DNA of 64,000 nucleotides from Candidatus Margulisiibacteriota bacterium (GCA_042563095.1 JBHPMS010000001.1:1-64000), one strand, 5' to 3'; shown: positions 9,172 through 21,859, counted from the stretch's first letter. A program made the numbers and translations. The notes: a model not told the origin generated them from the sequence alone.

Positions 9172-10404
9172 TCAGGCGTTTTTTCCAGCAACGTATCCGG
9201 TTGACCAGCAGACTTGCAAATTGAAGCCTCCGGTGGAGCCATCCAGGTCAAGGATTTCACCAGCAAAGTAGAGGTTGTCGATTATCTTTGATTGCATAGT
9301 TTTTGAATCAACTTCTTTAAGGCAGATTCCACCAGCAGTGACAACCGCTTTATCATATCCGATGATACCAGTTGCTGTGAGCTTAAATTCCTTTAAAAGA
9401 TGGAGTAGTTTTTTTCGCTCTTCTTTGGTTATCAAATTTACTTTCTTATCATACACGATGCCCGAGAGTTTAATTATAATGGGGATAAGCTTGGTTGGCA
9501 GCAAACGACTTAATATGTTTTTGTAAATAGCTTTGGGATGTTCATTAAAGTCACGCTGAATCCGTTGATCTAACTTTTGATAATCAAGCGCCGGTTTAAA
9601 GTCGATCCTAATCTCCACCGGTCCTACTGTTATCAAGTCTCTGACGATATTGCTAAGATCCAATACAATTGGCCCACTTAATCCCCGGTGAGTAAAAAGG
9701 GCTTCGCCAAACTTTTCCCCTCTCTTTTTATTGTTTTGATAAATGCTGATAGAAACATTTTTTAAGCTCAGCCCCATAAGTTCGGCAATCCATTTTTCTT
9801 TAACTTTTATCGGAGTTAAGGCCGGCTTGGTTTCAACAATAGTATGCCCGAGCTTTTTGGCGTACTTATATCCATCTCCGGTTGAACCGGTTTCGGGGTA
9901 CGAGAGCCCGCCGGTGGCGATTAGATAACTTTTTGCTTTAATTTCGGAATCTGCCAGTTTAATTTTTTCTATCGAGCTACTACTTTTAACAATTTCTTTA
10001 ATTTTGGCATTATAGATTATCTTTTCTTTCTGCTTTTTTAAAATATCCAAAAAGAGTTCTAAAATATCTTTGGCTTTGTCGCTTACCGGAAAAACTCTGC
10101 GGCCACGTTCTAATTTTGTTTCTAATCCACGGTCGTTGAAAAATTTTATGGTATCCTGAATACTGAACTGAGAAAGCGGGGAGAAGAGGAATTTGCCGTT
10201 TTTGCCAAAAGCTTCGGTAAATCTTCTGGTGTCAGATTCCAGATGAGTGATATTGCAGCGCCCTTTACCGGTGATCAAAAGTTTTTTGCCACAAGAATCA
10301 TTTTTTTCAAGAAGAACAACGCTTTTTCCTCTTTCAGAAGCGATTGCAGCAGCCATCAGGCCAGCGGGCCCACCACCGATTATGCAAAGATCAAATTGTT
10401 TCAT
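9172..10404 (-). CDS. HI0933-family NAD(P)/FAD-binding flavoprotein
   Basis: DLCIIGGGPAGLMAA dinucleotide-binding fold; length and C-terminal pattern fit the HI0933/BaiN-like family. Confidence 0.8.
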   Translation of the reverse strand: MKQFDLCIIGGGPAGLMAAAIASERGKSVVLLEKNDSCGKKLLITGKGRCNITHLESDTRRFTEAFGKNGKFLFSPLSQFSIQDTIKFFNDRGLETKLERGRRVFPVSDKAKDILELFLDILKKQKEKIIYNAKIKEIVKSSSSIEKIKLADSEIKAKSYLIATGGLSYPETGSTGDGYKYAKKLGHTIVETKPALTPIKVKEKWIAELMGLSLKNVSISIYQNNKKRGEKFGEALFTHRGLSGPIVLDLSNIVRDLITVGPVEIRIDFKPALDYQKLDQRIQRDFNEHPKAIYKNILSRLLPTKLIPIIIKLSGIVYDKKVNLITKEERKKLLHLLKEFKLTATGIIGYDKAVVTAGGICLKEVDSKTMQSKIIDNLYFAGEILDLDGSTGGFNLQVCWSTGYVAGKNA

Positions 10405-11780
10405 TCAGAAGGAATTGTAAAGCTGAACTTTGTACCTTTTCCAACTTCACTTTCTACATTTATCTGCCCGCGATGAGCCTCGACCGCCATTTTACAAAAG
10501 GCTAAACCGAGGCCGGTATCGACGTGCGTTGAATATTGTTGTCCAGAAACTTTAAAAAATTTATCAAAAATTTTCTCTAGAGATTCTTGTGGGATCCCTT
10601 CGCCACTGTCGGTTACTTCAAAGTGGGTACTGTTACCGAGTGGTTTGATCGAAAGGGTAATGGTGCCGCCTTTGGGGGTATGTTTTTGAGCATTGGATAA
10701 AAAGTTTTCTAAAACTCGCACCAGAATATGAATATCAGCAAAAAGTTCGCCTTTGTCATCAACATCAAAGTTAAAGGTTAATCCCTGTTTTTGGCAGAGC
10801 GCCTTAAACCAGCTTAGTTCTTTGATAAACTCGGGCAGTAAAAAGTTAGTTTTATTCAAGTTAAAGGTTTTATCTTCCATCGCTTTTATTTGTAAAATAT
10901 CCATGGTTAAGTTAGACATTTTTTTAGCACTAAAATGGACCTCTTGTAAAACCTGTTTTTGTGCTTCGACCAGTTCACCAAAAATTCCGTTCATTAAATT
11001 ATAAATAGCAAGGTTAATCACTCCTAATGGATTTTTTAGATCATGTACAATCATATGGATCAAATCTTCTTGCAGCTTTTCCAGTTGTTTTTTTTCAGTT
11101 ATGTCGCTGATCATGATCAGACTACGCATCAATTTGGTTTTGGCATCTTCCATAGCTGCTTCGACCATTTGACCAAATTTGGTCTCACCCTGTTTATTAA
11201 TAAACTCAATCTCAGGGGAGCGTTTTGATAATTTTAAAAGTTTATCTTTAATTGCGCTTTTACTCTTTTCGGCAATAAACGGAAGACTCACGATGCTGGC
11301 TCCAATTATCTGTTCATTACTGTACCCAGACCATTCTTGCAGCCTTTGATTAGAAGCAATGATCGATCCTTGTGGATCAAGCAGCAGAATTGCTTCCGGG
11401 GAAACCTCAAAAATTGACTGGTACTTTCTTTCTATATCCTGATAAAAATCATTTATCTTAACTGCTTCTTTGGTCCAGGCAATTACACTGGCGGAGAGAA
11501 TAACTATAGTAATTGCCCAAACGATAAAAATTGGCAAAACGACAAAAACTCCGACGGTAACATTTAGAAACATCGCAACCGTGGCAACTATCCCGAGACA
11601 ATACATGGTAAAAAGCCAACCACCGGTCATAATTAAAACTAACTTACCAAAGATAACTTTATTGACATCGAGATAAAATTTATATGAAAGATATAGCAGC
11701 AGAATGCTTCCAGCCGCCAGCGCCGGCCAACCGATCATTAATATGACGTTTCTGATAATTTCGAGTGGCATTAGGTTCAT
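10401..11780 (-). CDS. sensor histidine kinase (membrane, PAS, HisKA, HATPase_c)
   Basis: Three N-terminal transmembrane helices, a PAS-like region, an H-box HDLKNPL and G-box motifs (DSGEGIP, GLGLAF). Confidence 0.8.
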   Translation of the reverse strand: MNLMPLEIIRNVILMIGWPALAAGSILLLYLSYKFYLDVNKVIFGKLVLIMTGGWLFTMYCLGIVATVAMFLNVTVGVFVVLPIFIVWAITIVILSASVIAWTKEAVKINDFYQDIERKYQSIFEVSPEAILLLDPQGSIIASNQRLQEWSGYSNEQIIGASIVSLPFIAEKSKSAIKDKLLKLSKRSPEIEFINKQGETKFGQMVEAAMEDAKTKLMRSLIMISDITEKKQLEKLQEDLIHMIVHDLKNPLGVINLAIYNLMNGIFGELVEAQKQVLQEVHFSAKKMSNLTMDILQIKAMEDKTFNLNKTNFLLPEFIKELSWFKALCQKQGLTFNFDVDDKGELFADIHILVRVLENFLSNAQKHTPKGGTITLSIKPLGNSTHFEVTDSGEGIPQESLEKIFDKFFKVSGQQYSTHVDTGLGLAFCKMAVEAHRGQINVESEVGKGTKFSFTIPSE

Positions 11781-11848
11781 TATACATAAGTACCTGATGC
11801 AAAAAAAGGGTGAAATTTGTTATTAAAAAAGCATGAAAAATACTCAGC

Positions 11849-13222
11849 ATGTATGTACAAACAATAGTTGCAAATAGTAAAGGCAAATCAGTAACTGCTA
11901 ATAATCTGCATCAATATAGTTGGCGCTATGATACCCTAAGCTGGCAGCCAGTGAAACAGTTTACAATTACTGATGGGGCACAGCGGAAAACGGTTGAAAT
12001 ATTTAAAGCATCAGATTTGTGCAATGCAGCATTAGATAGACTACTGCATTTGTGGAATGATGGCTGGAAACCTCCCAAATCAATTTGTGGAGATAAGTTA
12101 GAAGAATTTCGCGAAGCATTATTGGTAACAAAAGATCAGATCAAAAAGATGCAAAAAAATTCGGCCGAAAATATTTATTTTTCTGTCATTGATGGCAAAA
12201 TTGAAGGAGCAATATGGGGATTAAATCGTGATTTTCCGGTTGGCCCGAGAGGAGAGATCTTATTTCTTGATGGAATCGAACATTATGAAAAAACTACTTG
12301 TGCAAGAACCTTTGAAAAAAATATTCGTACTGGGAAAAACAGGCTCTGTGTTTCGGTTGTTTACAATGGAAAAAAATACGGTAAGTATAGGATCTTGGAT
12401 CCTGATAAAAATGAAATGACCGATCTTCATTTGGGAAATGCGGAGGTTATTACTGCACTGATCGATACAGCCTGTGATCCTTATCAAGACAATATTTTTG
12501 CCTATTCTAGGTTTTTGAATTTAAATAAATTTACTCAATTGGTATTAGGTTTATGGCAAGGCGGTCCAGGAATAAGAGTAAAATCTAAAGATGGAGAGTG
12601 GTGGACTGAGTATGGCGACAAAAAATTACCGGTACAAGTAGAAGCAGGAGGCATTAAAATAAAAGGGGAGTATGGTGAATCATTGGTTGATCTAAAGAGT
12701 GATTTAATAAATCCTGTTACAATAATCCCAACAGAAAAGGGCTATTTTATTCCTAAGGTGAATGTTATGTTGCTGGTTGATGAAATAGGTGTGTACATTA
12801 ATAGCAAAGAGGGGAAAGACTATCTGGTAAATTTTAAAGATTATGCTGAGACTGATTTTGATGGAATTGTTAGATTTCATAAACAAAAAGGAGGAGTACC
12901 GGTAAAAATTATTCCAGGCGGTAGAAGAGATCCTTCTTCGCTAGATGTTATTGTTGTCTTTCATTACCCTTTTGGAATGATGATGGAGTCAAAGGATTTA
13001 TATAATGATATTTATAAAAGGCTTTCTCCAATGCAAAAAATCGCGGTACTCCAGGCCATAAACAATCCAGATGACCTTGAGCAGATCCTTTTACAAAGAA
13101 ATGAACTTGATCTTTATTACGGATTTTCGGTTAGAAAACTATTATTTTTTATCAGATATGTTAGGAACAATAACAATCAAAAAATGCTATTAAATAGATT
13201 ACTTGGAAAAAATAACGATTAG
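11849..13222 (+). CDS. hypothetical protein
   Basis: Long ORF with no recognisable motif. Confidence 0.45.
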   Translation: MYVQTIVANSKGKSVTANNLHQYSWRYDTLSWQPVKQFTITDGAQRKTVEIFKASDLCNAALDRLLHLWNDGWKPPKSICGDKLEEFREALLVTKDQIKKMQKNSAENIYFSVIDGKIEGAIWGLNRDFPVGPRGEILFLDGIEHYEKTTCARTFEKNIRTGKNRLCVSVVYNGKKYGKYRILDPDKNEMTDLHLGNAEVITALIDTACDPYQDNIFAYSRFLNLNKFTQLVLGLWQGGPGIRVKSKDGEWWTEYGDKKLPVQVEAGGIKIKGEYGESLVDLKSDLINPVTIIPTEKGYFIPKVNVMLLVDEIGVYINSKEGKDYLVNFKDYAETDFDGIVRFHKQKGGVPVKIIPGGRRDPSSLDVIVVFHYPFGMMMESKDLYNDIYKRLSPMQKIAVLQAINNPDDLEQILLQRNELDLYYGFSVRKLLFFIRYVRNNNNQKMLLNRLLGKNND

Positions 13223-13243
13223 TTCGTATGCTATAATTAGTTT

Positions 13244-15037
13244 ATGCAACGAACTCATCGAAATGTCTCACTTAGAAAAGCTGATATCAACAAAAAAGTA
13301 TCTCTAGTCGGTTGGGTGCACCGCCGGAGAGATCATGGCGGGCTGATTTTTATCGACTTAAGAGACCGTTCTGGTTTGGTTCAAGTAGTAATCGATGCCG
13401 AAAATAAAGAACTTTTAAGGACTGCGGAGTCGATACGATCTGAATTTGTATTGGCAGTTTCTGGAACAGTTTTTGAGCGAAGCCCCGAAGCAGTTAACAA
13501 AAATCTTCCAACCGGAGAAATCGAGGTCAAAGCTGAAAAGTTAGAAATTCTAAATACAGCCAAAACTCCGCCAATCGAAGTAGCCGATGCAACAACTGAG
13601 CCGGACGAAAATGTCCGCCTAAAATATCGCTATATTGACCTGCGCAAAGATAAAATGCGCGAAAACTTGATCTTCCGCCACCGGGTCATCAAAGCGATGT
13701 CCGATTACATGGACGATAATGGTTTTTTAGAAATCGAAACACCCTTTTTAACCAAATCAACTCCAGAAGGAGCACGTGACTTTTTGGTTCCATCGAGAGT
13801 CAATAAAGGGAAATTCTACGCTCTCCCACAATCCCCTCAACTTTTCAAACAATTATTAATGGTTGCTGGACTGGAGCGTTATTATCAAGTAGTTCGCTGC
13901 TTCCGTGACGAAGATTTGCGCGCTGACCGCCAGCCGGAATTCACCCAGCTTGATATCGAAATGTCTTTTGTCCAGGAAAACGATATTATCGCGATGATCG
14001 AAGGGTTGATGAAATACACTCTTGATCATTTAGCCAAAGATATCGATCAGTATCGCGGCAAACATATTCCCAAAATAAAACTTCCGATGAAACGGATAAG
14101 CTGGGAAGAAGCGACTTCAAGATATGGAACCGATAAACCGGATACCCGGTTTGAACTCGAACTGGTAGATCTTTCTGACCTGGTGGTCAATGCTGAATTC
14201 AAAGTCTTCCGCACGGTTATAGAGAAGGGTGGGATTGTTAAAGCAATTAATGCCAAAGGAGCTTCCAGGTTCACCCGCAATGATCTGGATAAACTGGAAG
14301 CAACCGCCAAATCCCTTGGAGCCAAAGGTTTAGCCTGGTTAGTAATCGAAGCGGATGGATTTAAGTCGCCGATCGCTAAATTTTTCAAAAAAGAAGAACT
14401 TGAGGCAATTGCAAAAAGAATGAGATGTGAGACGGGAGATGTGATTTTTTTTGGGGCAGATAAAGCTGATGCAGTAAACGCTGTGTTATCTGCAATCCGG
14501 CTTGAGCTTGGTAAAAAACTTGATCTTATCAAAAAAGATGAATTCCATTTCCTCTGGGTAACTGATTTCCCTCTCTTCGAATATTCAGAGACCGAAAAAC
14601 GTTGGGTCAGCCGCCACCATCCTTTTACCGCTCCGCACGGTTGCTGGGCCGAACTTGAAGAACGCTTCATAAAAGATCCCCGCTCGATTAAAGCGCAGGC
14701 ATACGACTTTGTTTTAAATGGTGTGGAATTAGGCGGAGGATCGGTCCGTATCCATCAAATGGATGTCCAGCGTAAGGTTTTTAAACTTTTAGGATTCACA
14801 GAAGAAGAAGCAAAACGCCGCTTCGGTTTTCTCCTTGATGCCCTTGAATACGGGGCCCCACCGCACGGGGGTATTGCGCTTGGCCTTGACCGTTTAGTTA
14901 TGATGTTAGCCGGGATGAGCTCCATCCGCGATGTAATCGCTTTCCCCAAAACCCAATCTGCAATGTGCCCTTTGACCGGCGCTCCTGACATTGTAGATGC
15001 TAAACAACTCAAAGAGATACATATTAGGAGTATTTGA
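13244..15037 (+). CDS. aspS: aspartate--tRNA ligase
   Basis: N-terminal OB fold (VSLVGWVHRRRDHGGLIFIDLRD), class II motifs (FRDEDLRADRQPEFTQLD, GGGSVRIH...GLDR). Confidence 0.92.
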   Translation: MQRTHRNVSLRKADINKKVSLVGWVHRRRDHGGLIFIDLRDRSGLVQVVIDAENKELLRTAESIRSEFVLAVSGTVFERSPEAVNKNLPTGEIEVKAEKLEILNTAKTPPIEVADATTEPDENVRLKYRYIDLRKDKMRENLIFRHRVIKAMSDYMDDNGFLEIETPFLTKSTPEGARDFLVPSRVNKGKFYALPQSPQLFKQLLMVAGLERYYQVVRCFRDEDLRADRQPEFTQLDIEMSFVQENDIIAMIEGLMKYTLDHLAKDIDQYRGKHIPKIKLPMKRISWEEATSRYGTDKPDTRFELELVDLSDLVVNAEFKVFRTVIEKGGIVKAINAKGASRFTRNDLDKLEATAKSLGAKGLAWLVIEADGFKSPIAKFFKKEELEAIAKRMRCETGDVIFFGADKADAVNAVLSAIRLELGKKLDLIKKDEFHFLWVTDFPLFEYSETEKRWVSRHHPFTAPHGCWAELEERFIKDPRSIKAQAYDFVLNGVELGGGSVRIHQMDVQRKVFKLLGFTEEEAKRRFGFLLDALEYGAPPHGGIALGLDRLVMMLAGMSSIRDVIAFPKTQSAMCPLTGAPDIVDAKQLKEIHIRSI

Positions 15038-15099
15038 ACCTGCGACTAAACGTCGCGGTTCCTGAATTTGGAAACCGAGAAGTTTATTCTCAGGTTTTC
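15036..15099. repeat. paired hairpin repeat, copy 1, between the convergent aspS and hydrolase 3' ends; likely bidirectional terminator
   Basis: Hairpin A is gaacctgcgac-taaac-gtcgcggttc. Hairpin B is ggaaaccgagaa-gtttat-tctcaggttttc. Both motifs recur at 16511-16587 and 47167-47193. Confidence 0.5.
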
Positions 15100-15103
15100 A
15101 AAT

Positions 15104-16606
15104 TCAAGGAAGTTCAACGTAATAATAGTTCTTTCTAATCTCAATCTTGGCTCCAATTCTTTTCAGGTTACTAAAAAGAATACGTTCCCCTGCAATATCA
15201 GTCGATTTTCCGGTAATCTTTTTCCAGGCGGCTGGTGAGATGCGATGATAAATTATCTCTTCGATTGGAGTAGTGGTGATATAGAGAGTTTTTCTTTTAT
15301 TTGTTTTTAGACGCATTAGAGAATAAACTGGAGTTGTTACAAATTTTCCGGAGGTGTCAGTAAGAGTTATAAAGTATTGGACCTCGGGAGAGATAATTTG
15401 TTTTGGAACATTGATGTAATATTTGTTTTTATGAAAGATTGCCTTGATTTGGTACCACTTTTTAATGGTCCATCCACTGATTCCCGATTGTGAATACCAG
15501 AGTGAGACATTTTTCGCTAGGCTCGGGCCTTTGTATCCAACTGGAACCATGATTACATTTCCCATATCTTTAATTTCTGATAAGGTTAGATCCGGAAAAC
15601 GATTGCCCCCCCTTAACTTGTGATTCAAGAAGCGGTAAATGTTCATAAGCATCGGCATGGTCACACGATGCTTACCGTTTGGATAAATTGCCAGCTTTGC
15701 TTTTCCTATTGGCATGTTTAAATAGCTTTTTATAAAGTTAGGAACATAGTAACAATGGTCATTTGAACCGGTCATATATAGGAGCGGAGCGTGTTGGGTG
15801 GTTACGTAATTTTTTGCGTCGAAATACTTGTTATAGGTCTGTTTATCAGTTTCTGACATCCACTCATCAAAACGAGCTTGCCAGGTTGAACCGTGATCTA
15901 ACCAGCCAGAGCCGAAAACCGGAACCGCAGCAGCCAATCTTTTATCGGTTCCGTTAACCATTAAAGTGATAACCCCTCCCCACGAAAGCCCAACCATCCC
16001 AATTTTATTTTTATTAACTTGTGGTTGCTGCACTAAAAAAGATATGGCACACCGAGCGGCAGGGACAGCATGATAAAGATAGTTGTGCGAAATATCTGGC
16101 TCAACCCTTAAAAGGGTTGGAACATCCATGTCAGGTCCAGTGGAGCGTGAGCGTTTCCATCTTAGTTGTCCTTTTCCGGGCAGATCAATTGAAATGGAGG
16201 CATACCCGTTTTTTGCAAAATTAATGGTTCGAGAAAGGACTGCATAACCACCGCCACCGTGGATGATCGCAACTCCGGGCAGGTTTTGTTTTCCTTTCGG
16301 GTAACAATAATAACCAAAAATTTTAACCGGGTTGCCTTTGTAATAACTACTGATGTATTGAATTTCTTTGACTACGATATTATCTTTTATATATTCTTTT
16401 TTTGTAATTGCCTGAATATTTTGTGGCAACTTCCAGATGCTCTCAGTTTTTTTTACTGCTTTATATGGACTGTTAAAGAAAGCAAATGATGGGGTGGTTA
16501 AAAGTAAAAAACATATTAACCTGCGAATGAACTTCGCGGTTAATATGTTTTTACTTAATGGAACCGAGACGTTCAGTCTTAGGTTCCATTCATTTTTTTT
16601 CATCAT
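15104..16606 (-). CDS. alpha/beta hydrolase (esterase/peptidase-like) with C-terminal extra domain
   Basis: GLSWGG nucleophile elbow and an AIIHGGGGYAV oxyanion region. The start is ambiguous (MMKKNE at 16606, or upstream 16696); the N-terminal region overlaps the hairpin repeat. Confidence 0.55.
   Translation of the reverse strand: MMKKNEWNLRLNVSVPLSKNILTAKFIRRLICFLLLTTPSFAFFNSPYKAVKKTESIWKLPQNIQAITKKEYIKDNIVVKEIQYISSYYKGNPVKIFGYYCYPKGKQNLPGVAIIHGGGGYAVLSRTINFAKNGYASISIDLPGKGQLRWKRSRSTGPDMDVPTLLRVEPDISHNYLYHAVPAARCAISFLVQQPQVNKNKIGMVGLSWGGVITLMVNGTDKRLAAAVPVFGSGWLDHGSTWQARFDEWMSETDKQTYNKYFDAKNYVTTQHAPLLYMTGSNDHCYYVPNFIKSYLNMPIGKAKLAIYPNGKHRVTMPMLMNIYRFLNHKLRGGNRFPDLTLSEIKDMGNVIMVPVGYKGPSLAKNVSLWYSQSGISGWTIKKWYQIKAIFHKNKYYINVPKQIISPEVQYFITLTDTSGKFVTTPVYSLMRLKTNKRKTLYITTTPIEEIIYHRISPAAWKKITGKSTDIAGERILFSNLKRIGAKIEIRKNYYYVELP
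16511..16587. repeat. paired hairpin repeat, copy 2
   Basis: Long hairpin acatattaacctgcgaa-tgaac-ttcgcggttaatatgt followed by ggaaccgagac-gttcag-tcttaggttcc. Same two motifs as copy 1. Confidence 0.45.
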
Positions 16607-16765
16607 CTTCATTATAACATTGAAAAGATCGAACCAAAATGGTAACATAAAATAGTCTGCTGTATTCGTGGTCAGTAGAATAAAGTTTCTCCTCAATTGT
16701 TATCCTTGGGAACTTTACTCGTTTCTCGGCTGTGGCCAAGAACGGAAAGTTTAACCCACCGTTAA

Positions 16766-18708
<1,943 letters not shown>

Positions 18709-19746
18709 TTCGATTGAATCGAGTAAGCCTTTTATTCCCATTGAGACTAGCAAAATCTGCACCGGAAGGTGACGCTTAAATTTGACTTCTAATATAATTG
18801 GTATTCGCTCTTGTACTGCGCGGTTTAGATACATTAAATAACCGTGAATGTAATCACCGAACGGTAATTTATGTTCGTCTCCGTGATAGTCATCACTTTG
18901 GATCCCTTGGTTTTCATGAAAATGTAGATTGATTACTTTTTTTCCTGATTCAAAGATATAAGGTAAAAAGGACTCACTTAATCTCATGTTTCTTGATAGA
19001 ATGCGATGTCCAGAATCGATGGTAATATTTATCCATTCAGGAGTATTGGCTAAGGCAATTTTAAAATGTTCGATTGAATAACCAAGAGCGTGTGTATTGA
19101 TAGTCGGATCAGTCTGGTTCTCTACACCTAGAATAATTGGCCAACCTTTGGCTTGACGCTCTGCAGAGAGTCTTTGAAACAGTGTATTGGCATTACATAG
19201 AGCAGAATGAATTTCTGCTTTTGTTGCCGGAAGCATTTGCCGACTACCCCAAAATAGAGTGGGCAGGTGCATAGTTACATTTGGTAAAAATCCGTAATCT
19301 GAAATAAGCGATCCTAAGCAATCAAATAGACTGACAATGTCAGTATGAGTTTCTTCTAACCCAGAATTTAAGGTTTTTCCTTCCAATTCTTCTGGAAAAT
19401 GAAATTGGATTGCAAGCGATAATTTATTTGCTCTTCTGATTAACCGGGCAAAGTTATTTTTATGTATATGAAAACAATTTGATCTGTAATAAAATAGTTT
19501 GTCTTTGCCCTTAAAAGCATCCGGTTTTACCTCGATAAGATTTTGTGGTAATCCTGCATGTTCAATTAAGTCAAGAGTGCCGAATCCTTGACAGTGGATA
19601 CCGAGATAGATTGGCCGGTTTGGTGTTTTTTGGACCAACTTAATATTTAAATTCCTATAATGTTTACAAACTGTACCAACATTCATACTTATTTATCAAC
19701 ATAAAAAGCTAATAAATTTCAGACATTTTATTGCTATAATTAATTT

Positions 19747-20256
19747 ATGCCAGATTTTATCTTATCTCGCCGAAGCATAAGGAAGTATAAACCGGATCAA
19801 ATCCCAAAAGATAAACTGAATCACATTTTAAAAGCAGCCATGGCTGCGCCATCAGCCCGAAACGAACAACCGTGGCACTTTATTATTATCGATGATAAGC
19901 AGATCTTTGAGAAACTTATCGAGGTTCACCCAAGCTCAGCTATGCTCAGAGAAGCACCCGTGGCCATTCTGGTTTGTTATGATGAACGTTTAGATAAAAG
20001 TAATGGCTACTTAATCCAGGATTCTGCTGCTGCCACCCAGAATATACTTATAGCTGCAAATACATTCGGAATCGGTTCTTGTTGGATCGGGATTTATCCA
20101 AGAGATAAAAGGATAAAACTGTTAAAAGAAGAATTAAAGCTTCCGCCAGAAGTTTATCCTTTTTCAATGATTGCACTCGGATTCCCAAACGAAGAGAAAG
20201 AGCCGGTTGATCGTTTTGATCAGAAAAAAATTCATAAGAATAAATGGGAGAGCTAA
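19747..20256 (+). CDS. nitroreductase family protein
   Basis: The RRSIRKY...AAMAAPSARNEQPW block is typical of the NfsB/NfnB-like fold. Confidence 0.8.
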   Translation: MPDFILSRRSIRKYKPDQIPKDKLNHILKAAMAAPSARNEQPWHFIIIDDKQIFEKLIEVHPSSAMLREAPVAILVCYDERLDKSNGYLIQDSAAATQNILIAANTFGIGSCWIGIYPRDKRIKLLKEELKLPPEVYPFSMIALGFPNEEKEPVDRFDQKKIHKNKWES

Positions 20257-20826
20257 ATGTTAAAAGGATTAGTTAAAAGAAATAGAAGTTATCGACGGTT
20301 CGAAGAAAAATATATAATTCAAAAAGAAACTCTCTTGGGCTTGGTTGATTTGGCCCGCCATACTCCCTCTGCCGCAAATAAACAGCCGTTAAAATACCTC
20401 TTGTCTTGTGCAAAAGAGGTCAATGAAAAAATCTTTCAGCAGCTTGGCTGGGCAGGTTATTTAAAAGATTGGGATGGGCCAAAAGAGGGGGAGCGGCCTT
20501 CGGCTTATATAATTATTCTTGGTGATAAAAATGAGAGCAATTGGCTAGAATACGATTGTGGAATTGCAGCCCAAACTATTCTTTTGGGTGCGGTGGAAAA
20601 GGGCTTGGGTGGATGTATTGTGGCATCTGTAAAAAGGGAGCCCCTAAGTAAAGCATTAAACTTGCCGACCAGGCTAGAAATTATTTTAGTTATTGCGCTT
20701 GGCAAACCGGCCGAAAAAATTGTGATTGATGAAATCGAGAAAAATGGCGATATTAAATACTATCGTGATAAAAACGATGTGCATCATGTGCCAAAGCGGA
20801 AATTAAAAGATATTTTACTTCCGTAA
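20257..20826 (+). CDS. nitroreductase family protein (second tandem copy)
   Basis: RSYRRF...ARHTPSAANKQP block. The start is immediately adjacent to the upstream stop. Confidence 0.8.
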   Translation: MLKGLVKRNRSYRRFEEKYIIQKETLLGLVDLARHTPSAANKQPLKYLLSCAKEVNEKIFQQLGWAGYLKDWDGPKEGERPSAYIIILGDKNESNWLEYDCGIAAQTILLGAVEKGLGGCIVASVKREPLSKALNLPTRLEIILVIALGKPAEKIVIDEIEKNGDIKYYRDKNDVHHVPKRKLKDILLP

Positions 20827-21078
20827 GATTATAAAACAAAGAAGAATTCTTTTATTTTATAACCGACAATGTGTTCATGTTGATATCCATAAGGCATATC
20901 TCCTGGTTTCATATCGTAGAGAGCCAGTTCGGGAGATGAGCGCGAGCTTTTTGCAATCCACTTTGTAGTGCTCTTAGATTTAATACAACGTGCCGATAAG
21001 AGCGCATCTGTAACATAGCAACTTTTATCTTTCCTGCTTCCATATTGATTTATCTGATGGAATTGGACCAGATTTAAC

Positions 21079-21170
21079 TTAATTTATTGGAACTTGAGTT
21101 TTTATGAGGAAATTATTTGCCTTAATCTCTTTTTCTATTGCTTTGATCCGATGAAGTGGAAAAGGTTTAT
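21079..21170 (-). pseudogene. diverged duplicate of the 3' end of the M48 peptidase gene
   Basis: Encodes PLHRIKAIEKEIKANNFLIKTQVPIN, against HPENRIKAIEKEVKKNNYLLKDQIPINS at the true C-terminus (21860-21945); about 75% DNA identity. Confidence 0.4.
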
Positions 21171-21829
21171 TCAGTTTGGTATTCAAATACAAATAAACCA
21201 TATTCTTCATTAATTTCTGCCGTAGATGGGTAATATTGTGCAAGAGAGTGATCACCGTTTGCTTGAAAGGAAAAAATCCCCCCTTTGCCTCTATACTCAT
21301 TCCTTTCGGCCCCAAACAAGTCAAAACAATCCTCTGTAGATATATAAACACTTTCAAAATCAATTCTATCAATAAATAATCTGGATTTATTTGCTGCAAT
21401 TTTGGAACAAACCCTGGCAAATCCTCTTTGATCTTTAGTGGAAAACAAGCCGCCAAAGGTGTTGCCCAGGCAAAAGATATTGTCAAATAATCGACTTCCA
21501 ACTGCTCTTAACATGGAATCTTCAACATGCATTTCTGCATTAACAATTTCAACGTCAGGAAATAACTCTTTTGTTTCTGTTACGATTTCTGGGCAGCTAT
21601 CTATACCAACAATCTGGTGCCCAAGCTTTTGAAGTAAATCGAACAAGCGGCCAAATCCACATCCAATATCAATTGAATATCCTTGATTGGCATGCTTTCT
21701 TATAAAACAGTCTTCTTTGTGCCCAACAATACTTGGTAGCGTTTGGATTCTCAGCTGGTTGTTTTTTGCAACCATTGTTGAAAACTTTGCATACATGTTC
21801 CTAGCAGTTTTAAGTGTAACTCTTCCCAT
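21167..21829 (-). CDS. class I SAM-dependent methyltransferase
   Basis: Motif I IDIGCGFGRLF and post-I VGIDSCPEIV. Confidence 0.75.
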   Translation of the reverse strand: MGRVTLKTARNMYAKFSTMVAKNNQLRIQTLPSIVGHKEDCFIRKHANQGYSIDIGCGFGRLFDLLQKLGHQIVGIDSCPEIVTETKELFPDVEIVNAEMHVEDSMLRAVGSRLFDNIFCLGNTFGGLFSTKDQRGFARVCSKIAANKSRLFIDRIDFESVYISTEDCFDLFGAERNEYRGKGGIFSFQANGDHSLAQYYPSTAEINEEYGLFVFEYQTE

Positions 21830-21859
21830 AAGTTCTTTTCAGGTTATAATATAAAAAAT

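Noticed and set aside
21171-21501. ORF 21079-21501 (140 aa) as a real gene
   Set aside because: It overlaps the methyltransferase gene out of frame over most of its length. Only its C-terminal 26 codons (21079-21170) carry signal, namely the duplicated peptidase terminus.
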